A stretch of DNA of 64,000 nucleotides. Origin: Nanobdellota archaeon (lineage in GTDB: Archaea; Nanobdellota; Nanobdellia; Parvarchaeales; Parvarchaeaceae). The stretch covers positions 251,079 through 315,078 of the forward strand of contig JAKAPK010000001.1 in the NCBI GenBank assembly GCA_021807125.1. Direction: 5' to 3'. The translations under genes were made by a program, and so were the position numbers. Below are positions 52,329 to 62,020 of this stretch, in pieces; the stretch's first letter is position 1, and every line of letters begins with the position of its first letter. A model generated the notes under the pieces. That model was not told where the DNA came from and made no database searches. It was given only the letters and a program-made list of their open reading frames with translations.

Positions 52329-52781
52329 TCATGAACTATTCCCCGAAAAGCGCCTGCAGGTATCAGAAAACCCCTCTGGGTCCTCGCACACGGCACATCT
52401 GTATCCCTTACCATGGACCTGTCTTTCCACTATCCTGGCGTTATCCGTATCGAAAAGAAGATAAGTAGTGCCGAAACGGTTTTCGCCCTTGACCACGTTG
52501 CAGTCTTTTGATCTTGCCAATTTCTCATAATCATTGTCTTCCACGGACTCATGCAAGCTATCGAGATCCAGTACTCTTGCATTCTCTATTCTTATCGTAT
52601 AAGTAACAGGAGACTCTTTATTTCTCATAGAATGCCCGTGCGCGTAAATGTCCGCTTCATGCTTGAAATTAGTTAGATAGAGCCCTCTGTTCCAGCAGCC
52701 GTTCGTCTTTTTTAAGGCGCTCTCCAATCTGGAAACTCCCCTATAAAGCGTGATTTCTTTTTTCTCGATACTTTCACCCAT
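52329..52781 (-). CDS. ADP-ribosyltransferase-like protein, paralog 2
   Basis: 'LYRGVS', 'GLYLT..KHEA..YAH', 'PVTYTIR', 'VLDL', 'LARS', 'YLLF', H..CxxC; clearly alignable to 49914-50372. Confidence 0.6.
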   Translation of the reverse strand: MGESIEKKEITLYRGVSRLESALKKTNGCWNRGLYLTNFKHEADIYAHGHSMRNKESPVTYTIRIENARVLDLDSLHESVEDNDYEKLARSKDCNVVKGENRFGTTYLLFDTDNARIVERQVHGKGYRCAVCEDPEGFSDTCRRFSGNSS

Positions 52782-52972
52782 TTAATTATAATAGAAATCA
52801 TTGAATAAATGGTTCACTACTTTTGTAAAGTCAATTTACTGCATTATCTATTGCATTTAATATGTTATTATATCAGTTTATTTGATATATTTATATATTA
52901 AAGTTATTAATATATTATCATACTATGCGCATATGACTTAAAGCTTATAAAGTCTAATTAAGCGTTTCATAT

Positions 52973-52992
52973 TTATCCTACTAGTAGGATAA
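52973..52992. repeat. Perfect 20-bp palindrome TTATCCTACTAGTAGGATAA in an AT-rich spacer
   Basis: Direct inspection. Confidence 0.8.
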
Positions 52993-53209
52993 GTAAGATT
53001 ATATTATTACTGTTTACAAAAACGGAAAACTGCTTAATTCGGACGGAAATAAAGCGTTCACGATTACAACCAGTGAGAAATAATTTTGTCACAAACTGCA
53101 TGTTGATTAGAATCAACGCACTCGACTTTATTATAATAAAGCGACCTTTTTAGTGATTCAAGATACTATTTCATGCTATCGATTACTATTACAAGTTATA
53201 CTATATAGA

Positions 53210-53527
53210 TTAGAAACTGTCAAAATCGTCAGAAAAGTACTCGCTATTGATTCTTTGCATTCTGTATTTGGAGTATGTTGAAACACCGAGGTCCTTATCG
53301 AGCATTAATTCCGCTAATTGTTTACCATTTATTAAAATTAGATGTAAGTTTGGCTGACTGGCTGCTGATTCCAAAGCTTCTTTTGTGAAATCAGAGGTCG
53401 TTATAAAAATACCTTTACTGCCTTTTTGATTTACAGCACCAGCAAACTTTTGTATGTCTGGTCTACTAATTGTATTTTCCCATCGTTTTGCTTGTATATA
53501 AATTTTATCTAAGCCGAGGGTATCCAC
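53210..53527 (-). pseudogene. mrr: C-terminal fragment of Mrr restriction endonuclease
   Basis: 'LGLDKIYIQAKRW', 'IQKFAGA', 'GIFITTSDFT', 'LINGKQLAELM'; the N-terminal domain and the DGGID motif are absent. Confidence 0.8.
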
Positions 53528-53769
53528 ATATCTGAATCCAGATCAGACCAGCCAAAACATTCTGTAAGTAGATATTCCGGTTTATACTTTTTTAACAGTT
53601 CTAGTTCGTAAGCTTTGTCCTCCAAACTTGTATGCGCCTCCCCGACTAGGATTATGTCATATTTACTAAGATCTTCGGTTAGTAATGGGTCTTTAGGTAG
53701 TTTTCCACACTTTTGGATATCAAAAACTAAAGATTCTAAATTATTAGCAGCTCCATCTTCTTTTACCAT
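53509..53769 (-). pseudogene. N-terminal fragment of a ChaN/TraB/EreA-like protein abutting the mrr remnant
   Basis: 'IILVGEAHT', 'YKPEYLLTE' and then ends within the mrr fragment. Confidence 0.5.
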
Positions 53770-54021
53770 ATATCACTATAGAGTAGTAGTAATATATAAA
53801 GTTTTCAATACTTTAACTTTGGTTTACAAAGTCGACTTCTTGTTTATAAAGTCGCAGTTTTGTTTATATTCGATGGGCGTGATGGCACAAGTAACAGTGC
53901 TATATGTTGTAATTGGTGTTATCTAATACTTACCATTACAAATTTAATAAAAAGCCAAGTTATTTAAGTAGTACTATACGGATAAAAAATTTATATACTA
54001 GATTCAATCTAATAAAAAACT

Positions 54022-54885
54022 ATGGAAAATGCGATTTCGGCACCGGTCTTTGATGAGATGGGGGAAGCGATTTCTGTTCTTTCAGAAACTGAAAAGGATG
54101 AGACTACGCGCGCGGTCAGGATAGCCCTAAATATGGTCGATAGAAACGAATTAAAAGAGATGTTTGACGACCCGGAAACTAAGAAAAAAATTGCAGATGA
54201 CGTTAGCCAGAATATTCGTGAAAGTGGTCTTTTAGAGCTGCTTTATGACGAAACGCCAGACGATCAGATTGACGTAAGCACTATCACTGGGCAGATTTTA
54301 AACGCTACATTTGAAACGGCTTATAAGACTACATCTTACCTCATAGGTTCAAACCAAATAAAACCATACATAAGTAGATTAAGGGGCTATCTGGATAAGA
54401 TACTAGTGTACGCGCGTGAAGAATTCAAGGATATTGATGACCTGCACAGCGGTGCTGTTCTTAAACACTTTCAAAAAGGATTCGACAGTATTATTGCGCT
54501 TATTCCGGAAAATCAACCATACCTGGTGTTACAGGACAAGATAGTAGATGAACTTGCACTTAGCGCAAAAAAGAGTGGCCTTGGAAGTGCTATTACACAA
54601 CAGAATATAGACGCTGCCATAAGAAAGACAATCCCGACAAAGGCAGATTATACGAATTTTTACCAGGATTCTTATAGGGAAATTAAGTTGATCGGACACA
54701 CTATGATAAATAAACTTGGCGAGATCATTGCCAACGTTTTAAGGGATGTGACAGACGATGAGTCAGAGAGTGAAATTTCCCCCATACAGTCCATGATGAA
54801 TTCTATGTATACCGCAACAGAGAACGCATTTGAAAAAGTGATATTCTCAAAAAAAGAGAATGACGCAAAAAGAATTTATGGCTAG
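54022..54885 (+). CDS. Hypothetical acidic helical protein
   Basis: 287-aa ORF with TTTATATA upstream. Confidence 0.65.
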   Translation: MENAISAPVFDEMGEAISVLSETEKDETTRAVRIALNMVDRNELKEMFDDPETKKKIADDVSQNIRESGLLELLYDETPDDQIDVSTITGQILNATFETAYKTTSYLIGSNQIKPYISRLRGYLDKILVYAREEFKDIDDLHSGAVLKHFQKGFDSIIALIPENQPYLVLQDKIVDELALSAKKSGLGSAITQQNIDAAIRKTIPTKADYTNFYQDSYREIKLIGHTMINKLGEIIANVLRDVTDDESESEISPIQSMMNSMYTATENAFEKVIFSKKENDAKRIYG

Positions 54886-55131
54886 CTTATAAAATTATAC
54901 ACAAATTATTAATTACCATATAATCTTGAGAGGTATAATGTCACTATGACCGCTATCACAGTTACTGCTACCGGATGGATGGTTGATATGGGCCTTATAA
55001 AAATAAATGACATATGGCTTTCTGAGGCTCCGCAAGGTGTTATATACAACGAACAGAAAGGTATGCGAGCTACTCTAATATACTAAACCTAGCTTACGAA
55101 GAACCTTGGCATGTGTCTGCTTGCAAAATTA

Positions 55132-56823
55132 TTAGCTTGCTGTTATCTGTGTCTGGGCATGCGCCCCTGCCATACCGATTACGGATATGCCATAAACATT
55201 ACCCGAGATAGGGACTGCGAACGGCGGCGAGATGACAATGTTGGACGGTGCTCCCGTAGGTGACGTGGGTGAAGGGCCCATAACAAGCAATCCGTTTAGA
55301 GTGAACGTGACCGATGAATTCGCCGCTAAAGTATAACCCTTAGGTATCTGTGCTGACGATGGCGGCTGTGAACTGATATTTGAGACCTCAAACTCGGAAG
55401 CGGGGCCGGATGCGGCCTGCTGTGTCATTGACACCGGCGGGAATCCTATGGTGCCATTGGGAAATATCATGAAAAACGTCGGCGCATTCCTGAGCTGCGT
55501 TAACACCGTCTGTGGGACAGAAGGCATTTTTGGCGGCGTCATACTGGAAGGAAAACTGATGTACATGGTGGTTCCTATGGGAAGCGTTATAACCGTAGAG
55601 TTTTGCGGGATCGTGATATTGCCGGGAACCTGATGCCCGTTTTGATCCGTATAGGAAGGACCCATGTTCTGATTTAGAGTGCTCGGAGGAACGGAATCTT
55701 CCACTACTACGTTTTCACCGCTCATGTTGATTACCGCACCGGTCGAATTAAGGGATATCGCGTATGCTGGCTTGATGAGATCTATGATGTAAATCTTCAT
55801 CTGCTGTTGAGGAGGAGTGTAATTACTGCTGTTAGGAGGAGGCTGCATGGGGAAGCTGTCCGTAGTATTCATGACCGTTCCGTTGGGGAAAGTCACTGTG
55901 AATTCCGGCGTTACTGCGCTTGCGTTGGCTGGCATTATGCTGCGTGGTACTGCTGGGAAAGGAAATATTATCGATGGCATTTTGAAAAGCAGGGATGCGG
56001 GCGGAAGAGGGAAAAACACTTCTTTGCTCCCGTTAAGCATTAAACCGTTCAACTGGACGCTTGAATTCCCCGTATTTCTCACCGTCACGCTAAGGCTGGT
56101 ATCGTTTCCACTAGTTGATAACGACGCGGATGTTATGCTAATGGTAGGGGTGACTGCCCTGAATACCTGGGACAAATTGGTTCCAGACGTGAAATTTTGT
56201 ATCTGGCCTGGAGGAGGTTGTATACCATTTGCTCCCGGAGCCCTTGCGAACATTCCTGGTGGAGGCATTACGCCCCTTACGTTCGGAGTGAGTACATATA
56301 TTGTTTTGTCTATCGTTTCTATGACCGTTATTGCCGGTATCAGGTCCAATACAGCGTGCTTCTGCCCAAAAACAGTATTATTAGTGGTGAGGTTGACGAC
56401 TAGCGTGCCTTCTCCTATAACCACCGTATAGTTTTTGCCGCCTATAGTTATCACGGCGTTTGAAATATTGACTTTTACCTGTGTCACCTTTGAGCCGTTC
56501 GGCACGTTTGCCGTGGCGAGTATTATAGAAGCGTTTCGCAGATTCAATACATTAACAGTCCCGCTGCCGGGTAAAGATTGTGTACTTGTCTGGCCGTTAT
56601 TTGACACTTGTATCTGCATTGCCGAGAAAGTAACGAAAAGAGCCGTAGTCCCCGCCGGCACCGTAGCCGGGTCCGTAAGACTTAGAAGAAGGTTTTTCTC
56701 CGCGGCTGCCTGGCTGCCTGTCTGGGTCGCTGTAGAGAATACTCCACTGACGAGAACGTAACCGACGACCGCCACTATGGCTATCGCGACAATTGTAATA
56801 AACAGGTATCCCTGGAAACCCAT
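55132..56823 (-). CDS. Membrane-anchored Pro-rich surface protein, DUF4382-like
   Basis: N-terminal TM segment, 'LSLTDP', 'ISITSASL....TSLSVTVRN' shared with 13085-14341. Confidence 0.7.
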   Translation of the reverse strand: MGFQGYLFITIVAIAIVAVVGYVLVSGVFSTATQTGSQAAAEKNLLLSLTDPATVPAGTTALFVTFSAMQIQVSNNGQTSTQSLPGSGTVNVLNLRNASIILATANVPNGSKVTQVKVNISNAVITIGGKNYTVVIGEGTLVVNLTTNNTVFGQKHAVLDLIPAITVIETIDKTIYVLTPNVRGVMPPPGMFARAPGANGIQPPPGQIQNFTSGTNLSQVFRAVTPTISITSASLSTSGNDTSLSVTVRNTGNSSVQLNGLMLNGSKEVFFPLPPASLLFKMPSIIFPFPAVPRSIMPANASAVTPEFTVTFPNGTVMNTTDSFPMQPPPNSSNYTPPQQQMKIYIIDLIKPAYAISLNSTGAVINMSGENVVVEDSVPPSTLNQNMGPSYTDQNGHQVPGNITIPQNSTVITLPIGTTMYISFPSSMTPPKMPSVPQTVLTQLRNAPTFFMIFPNGTIGFPPVSMTQQAASGPASEFEVSNISSQPPSSAQIPKGYTLAANSSVTFTLNGLLVMGPSPTSPTGAPSNIVISPPFAVPISGNVYGISVIGMAGAHAQTQITAS

Positions 56824-57034
56824 AATAAATAATAAAATATTGTTCTATATATATCTTCTTTAGTGTATTTGGGTTACACCGACGGTGATTAAGCTTATGC
56901 CTTTCACAAAATCCTGTCTTGACGGGGATATTAATAATTAAGCGGTGACTTTGCCGCTAAACACATTGCATAATGGCAACAAAAGTTCGGAAAACATATT
57001 TATAGCTGCACCCCCCTATATGGGTTTAACGATT

Positions 57035-57943
57035 ATGGCACTCAAAGGACTAGATTTGAACGGCCTTCTTTCTAGAGCCCCAGAACCGACGCGGGATTGC
57101 GTCAAGGCGCTTTATAGTGGCTGCAAAAACCCGTCGTCTGTCAAATACGAGCCGTTCAACAAAGGCGAGCTCCTCAAGAAATATTCCGATCTTCCAGCAT
57201 TGCGCGAACCTGTGCCGGGTGACATGGTATACGATGAGAGCTCGGACAGCGATTATGGTTACAATCTGAAGGGCTACAGCATCCGTATCCCTGCACCCAA
57301 AGATATAACCGAATTTTTAGAAAGATTCCGTGCATATGCGGATGGAGTCCACGGCATGAAGCGAGTCTTCTCTGCAGTGGAATTCACCGAGCTGAACGTA
57401 CCGCAAATAGGCACGGGAATGTCGAAAGCCAGACATGTGTTTGATAAGCAGAGATTTAGTGATGCTGTGAGCGTACTATTCGATGGAAAAACTTTTGATC
57501 TTGCGGATTTCATGGCCGGCAACATCGGCGCTATATGCTTCAGCAGCGCACTGTCGCTCTACGTTCTGATAAAGAACGACGAAGAGTTGTCGCGTGGTGC
57601 GTTCAAGCCTTATCTCGGCACGGGAATATACGGAGACGAAGAAGGGGGCCTCCACGCCTGGGTAAATTTGCACGTAAATCCCTCTGGAAGGGACGGGAAT
57701 TTTAAATACGAAGATTACGTACTAGATTCGGCCTTAAACATGGTCGGAGTTTACGAAAACTCCATAAGGACAGCCTGTCCGGGTGACCCGACGTCGGTAG
57801 TCAGGATAGATAACGATTGCATACCGCGATGGTCCGAACTTTACTCCTATAAAGAGCTTGAAAACTGGCACGAATATAATAATGGAAGTCGAAAGATTGT
57901 CCTTAGGACCGGTATACTCAGGCCGAAGTCCGCATGTTTGTAA
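57035..57943 (+). CDS. Transglutaminase-like (papain-fold) protein, paralog 1
   Basis: Likely start MALKGL (ATG 57035); Cys 'AICFSSALSL', His 'LHAWV', Asp 'YVLDSA'. Confidence 0.68.
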   Translation: MALKGLDLNGLLSRAPEPTRDCVKALYSGCKNPSSVKYEPFNKGELLKKYSDLPALREPVPGDMVYDESSDSDYGYNLKGYSIRIPAPKDITEFLERFRAYADGVHGMKRVFSAVEFTELNVPQIGTGMSKARHVFDKQRFSDAVSVLFDGKTFDLADFMAGNIGAICFSSALSLYVLIKNDEELSRGAFKPYLGTGIYGDEEGGLHAWVNLHVNPSGRDGNFKYEDYVLDSALNMVGVYENSIRTACPGDPTSVVRIDNDCIPRWSELYSYKELENWHEYNNGSRKIVLRTGILRPKSACL

Positions 57944-58011
57944 GCTACTAATATTGATTCTTATCCCTTTGGATTAAACGTTAGTCCGTACTCGATGACA
58001 ACACCGCGTTT

Positions 58012-58230
58012 TCAATCGTGTTTTATCTTCATTAAATCGAAAAGCCAGTTTCTTTTTATTAAAAAATACCACCCTGCTCCTAAATAAACCAGGGCTAAGA
58101 TACCTGCGTCGTTTGCTCCTACGACATACCCTAAAAATAAAACTATCGAAAAAAATCCGACAACAAAATACAAGACTACTATTGAAAGCAAAAGTGTCTT
58201 TTGGCGGGAAGTAGGTTTTTCGGTAATCAT
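58012..58230 (-). CDS. Small two-TM membrane protein
   Basis: 72 aa, two hydrophobic helices. Confidence 0.6.
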   Translation of the reverse strand: MITEKPTSRQKTLLLSIVVLYFVVGFFSIVLFLGYVVGANDAGILALVYLGAGWYFLIKRNWLFDLMKIKHD

Positions 58231-58299
58231 ATCAATAAATTTAGTACGTTGTTCGTTAAATAACCGCCCCTGCGCATTTTTCAGTATATGCCGTAAAAA

Positions 58300-58887
58300 C
58301 TAGCCGAGCCACTTTATCAGCTCATTGGTTGGGATGACATCGAAAAGCTTCGCCATATTTATAAGCGAACGTTGGTGGGCTTCTTTGTCCATACTGGACG
58401 AAGAATCGGACGCGACCACTGTGTAGAATCCGTGGTTTATAGCGTCACGGGCACTGGATTCTACGCCTACCTCGGTTGCTATGCCCGCTATTATCAGTGT
58501 TTCTATACCGGCATTTCTGGCCATAAGTTCGAAATTCGTCCCAACGAATACGCTTGCCGTATTTTTGTTGAGCACAATCTCATTTTCCTTGGGCGTTATC
58601 TCCAACTCGAACGCCTCCTTAGGCAGCTGTGAAAGATTATACTTCATCTTGGAGGAAGAGTATTTTCTCGCCGGTGATTCGAACTCGTGCGGCAAAGGTG
58701 TTATCTTTGTGAAGAATATCGGCATATTTTTCTCGCGCGCCTTTGCTATCAATTTATTCATATTAGACAGAAATTCTTCCCTGTTGTAAACTCTCTCCAC
58801 CAGCATCTTCTGCACGTCCCATACTATAAGTGCACTGTGCTCCGGGTTTACTATTTCATTTATATTTTCATATGCTTTTCTTACCAT
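58300..58887 (-). CDS. Isochorismatase-family cysteine hydrolase
   Basis: 'ALIVWDVQ', 'KNTASVFVGT', 'AGIATEVGVESSARDA'. Confidence 0.88.
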   Translation of the reverse strand: MVRKAYENINEIVNPEHSALIVWDVQKMLVERVYNREEFLSNMNKLIAKAREKNMPIFFTKITPLPHEFESPARKYSSSKMKYNLSQLPKEAFELEITPKENEIVLNKNTASVFVGTNFELMARNAGIETLIIAGIATEVGVESSARDAINHGFYTVVASDSSSSMDKEAHQRSLINMAKLFDVIPTNELIKWLG

Positions 58888-59030
58888 TTCATGTTATAGC
58901 ACTAACGGGTTATAAATTGTAAGTCAGAACATACGATTCATGTCCGTATTTGTCATATGTGTACAAAATATTTATATTTACTATAACATAGTAGTTAAAG
59001 ATTTATATACTAATACGAATTATAAGTGAG

Positions 59031-59867
59031 ATGAAAGCAACGCGTATCAACTTAGAAACTGTAGGCGAGAAATACACAGATGAAGACCTGGAGTTTATAC
59101 ATAAAAGAAGCTTAGAGGAACAATTGTGGCTAAGTGACCAAAAGCTCTTGGAAACCTACAACGGGCGTCTGATTCAGGGCTACCCTAAATTAAAAACTGG
59201 TGTTCTGCGGCCTATGCCAGCCCAACAAAACGAGTTTTATTCTCAGCTTTCTTACCAGAATAATGAAATTAACGGCGGTGATCTATGTTTTTCGACCAAT
59301 TACGCAGTAGAAATACCGAAAGATGAAAAACTTAGAGAAATGATTTCAAAGTATGGAGAGCAGAAAGAAGTTAGTTTAGAAAGCATACTATCAAAGGTGG
59401 TTGCCGTTTATAGGGGTGTAAAGGACTGCTGTCGCCATCCAAACGGCACAGTTAGAAGCGATGCAAATTTTATGCTATGTTCGATGGCAAATCGCTATGA
59501 AGGTAAGGTAGTCCCACTTGAAAGTGTCCTGACTGGAGAGCTTCCTGGTGCATGCTTTGAGAAAGCAATAACTTTGCAGTTGGCATTGCAAAACGACGGG
59601 CGATTGAAAGCACTGGGTATACGCTCTTATCTCGGTGTAGGCACGTTTCTTTCCGAAGATAAAAAGGCATATGGGCATGCCTGGGTAAAATTAGAAGTCC
59701 CAAGCAGATTAGGAGAACTTGGTTTTGAACATACGGAGTATATTCTGGATGCTTCTAGAGGAAAGATTTTTGCCTTAGATAAAAATTTGAGTGATTACAA
59801 AGAAAAATATGTAGAATATCCGGAAATAGATGACGGACTTTGTCGAATATACCGCCAAACAATTTAA
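59031..59867 (+). CDS. Transglutaminase-like (papain-fold) protein, paralog 2
   Basis: 'GACFEKAITL', 'YLGVG', 'GHAWV', 'YILDAS'. Confidence 0.7.
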   Translation: MKATRINLETVGEKYTDEDLEFIHKRSLEEQLWLSDQKLLETYNGRLIQGYPKLKTGVLRPMPAQQNEFYSQLSYQNNEINGGDLCFSTNYAVEIPKDEKLREMISKYGEQKEVSLESILSKVVAVYRGVKDCCRHPNGTVRSDANFMLCSMANRYEGKVVPLESVLTGELPGACFEKAITLQLALQNDGRLKALGIRSYLGVGTFLSEDKKAYGHAWVKLEVPSRLGELGFEHTEYILDASRGKIFALDKNLSDYKEKYVEYPEIDDGLCRIYRQTI

Positions 59868-60209
59868 ACGGGATTGGCTTGTACTGGAATGTCCTTTTTG
59901 TGTGTACGAATATTTTAAAAATATGTAAGCGCCGATAAAAATATTATTTACTAAGTCCTACTTCCTCGACCCGTAACAAGCTTGTTAGGCTTACAGGGGT
60001 ACCATTTTTATCCGGGACTCAAGTCAGCGGCTCTTTATAAACCTTGTTATTTTGCATCGCATTTGTATCTGACATAATTCACCAAAATGATTGGATTATG
60101 CGGGAGAGCAAACAGGATGTTTTATCTGATGCGGTATGAACGGGCCTAGAAAATTTTGGTTTATATGATCCTATAAAAGATTTATTGGAAACGTGACGTA
60201 TAATCTCAT

Positions 60210-60956
60210 ATGCTAAAGGAAAAGAACATCGCTGCGATATATGACAGAATAGCGGACGATTACTACCGTTCAAGGACTTTAGATACAAAGGCACGCATAT
60301 ACCATGACTATCTGGAAAAGCCGGCTTTGAAGTCTGTTGTCGGCGGAGTGAAAAACAAGAGAGTCCTGGACTTGGGATGCGGCCCCGGCATACTTACGGA
60401 TTATTTCAGACGCAAGGGCGCAAAGATAAGCGGCGTCGATATATCTAAAAAAGAAATAGAGATAGCGCGTTCTGAGTTCAAAGGGATTGATTTTAAAGTC
60501 GCGTCCGCATATAAACTGCCTTATCCTCCCAATACTTTCGATATGGTCATATCCAGCTGGGTGATACACTATCTGGATCTTGACAGGGCTCTGAAAGAGG
60601 TACGCCGCGTGTTGAAGAAAGGCGGCTTCCTCGTCTTCTCGACGAACAACCCTCTACAGGAGGTGACACGGCACAAAAAAAGACTGCCAAGATTTATAAG
60701 GGAATTCCATGACTATTTCAAGGAAGGGGTCATGTCCTCCACATGGTGGGGACACAGCGGATTTCAGAGGATAACCATGCCTTACATACACCTCACTTAT
60801 GAAACTATCATAAAATCCATAATAAAAAGCGGATTCAGCATAGCGGACTATAAAGACGCGAAACCCTTGCCGGGTATGAAAAGACTAAGCCAAAAAACAT
60901 ATGAATATTTATCCAAGGTCCCGAATGTTTGCGTTTTTAAGATTCGAAAGCTGTAA
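60210..60956 (+). CDS. Class I SAM-dependent methyltransferase
   Basis: 'VLDLGCGPG', 'GVDIS', 'FDMVIS', 'RVLKKGG'. Confidence 0.9.
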   Translation: MLKEKNIAAIYDRIADDYYRSRTLDTKARIYHDYLEKPALKSVVGGVKNKRVLDLGCGPGILTDYFRRKGAKISGVDISKKEIEIARSEFKGIDFKVASAYKLPYPPNTFDMVISSWVIHYLDLDRALKEVRRVLKKGGFLVFSTNNPLQEVTRHKKRLPRFIREFHDYFKEGVMSSTWWGHSGFQRITMPYIHLTYETIIKSIIKSGFSIADYKDAKPLPGMKRLSQKTYEYLSKVPNVCVFKIRKL

Positions 60957-61035
60957 AAATAAGAAGCAAGCGTCCTTTTCGTATTAAGACACTAGTAAAT
61001 GAAAAACTCAAGACATACTGCTGTTTATTGCCGAC

Positions 61036-61218
61036 TCAATAGATCCTTCTTAGGCCACTTTCCTGCATGTTCTTCCAGTATCTGTAAATGGCATAACCTG
61101 TCCCTAATGTCACGGCAACGCCAAGTCCAACGAATGCCAGCGCTGGATCCACGCCTGCTCCGACAAATCCGCTCAGAGTTCCTGCTTCGCCCAATATCTT
61201 TGATAAATCCTGTTTCAT
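61036..61218 (-). CDS. Small Gly-rich hydrophobic protein
   Basis: 60 aa with TTTATATA about 25 bp upstream; Gly-rich TM segment followed by a basic tail. Confidence 0.6.
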   Translation of the reverse strand: MKQDLSKILGEAGTLSGFVGAGVDPALAFVGLGVAVTLGTGYAIYRYWKNMQESGLRRIY

Positions 61219-61357
61219 TGAATTATACAGAAATTACCAGATATATAAACTTTTATACACTTTTGAATAGTGAATTAATTATCAATAATAGCGTGCTTTG
61301 AACAGTTGGATATATTATTCGCTCAATGTTAAACATCACAAGTTTAGCTATCACAAC

Positions 61358-61861
61358 CTAATAGTTCTTCGGCACCAGCAAGCCCACATCCAGACTCATA
61401 CCGTAAAACCCCCCTTCGAATGATACTATCTGGAATCCAAACCTTTCATACAGGTGCACGCGCTCTTTGCGGCATGTGAGCTTTAATATCTCGCAGCCCA
61501 TTTTCAGTGCTTCCTGCCCCATCTGCCATATCAGCCTTGAGCCTATGCCTTTCCCACGCTCCTTATCATTCGTTACAAAATCGTTTCCATAGCCGATCTT
61601 CTTGCCGAAAAATCTGTATTCCCTGTATACTTCCAATGTGGCAGTGCTTACTATGCTGTCGCCGGCCTGCACTACATACAGGTAACATTTGTGGCCGTTG
61701 CGCTTCTTATGCCGTATAACACTATTAATTTCTTCGTTATAAGCCCAGTTAGCTGTGTCATCAAGTGCATGATCCAAGTCTACCCATAAACTATTGACCT
61801 GCTCTATATCATCCTGCGATGCGCGGCGTATTATTATGTCCTCCAGTGATTTGTCAGCCAT
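61358..61861 (-). CDS. GNAT acetyltransferase
   Basis: 'DFVT...RGKGIGSRL', 'LYERFGF'. Confidence 0.85.
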   Translation of the reverse strand: MADKSLEDIIIRRASQDDIEQVNSLWVDLDHALDDTANWAYNEEINSVIRHKKRNGHKCYLYVVQAGDSIVSTATLEVYREYRFFGKKIGYGNDFVTNDKERGKGIGSRLIWQMGQEALKMGCEILKLTCRKERVHLYERFGFQIVSFEGGFYGMSLDVGLLVPKNY

Positions 61862-62020
61862 ATCCGAAACGAACCTGTATTCTAGACATAAAGAATCCGA
61901 TTTCTATTTAAGCTTTTTAAGCATCACGTTCCATGATTTTTAGAATCAAATCGAACAAGTTTGCCGTATAAATGAACAATTTTTTATCTTGGATGATCAA
62001 AGACAAGACTCCTGCGAGTT

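Noticed and set aside
59950-60020. HDV-like ribozyme suggested by TTCCTCG
   Set aside because: The P3 and P1 pairings needed around the loop could not be built.
60088-60195. Reading frame DWIMRESKQDVLSDAV*TGLENFGLYDPIKDLLET with an internal TGA
   Set aside because: Short, no recognisable family and no BHB around the stop; at most a pseudogene fragment.
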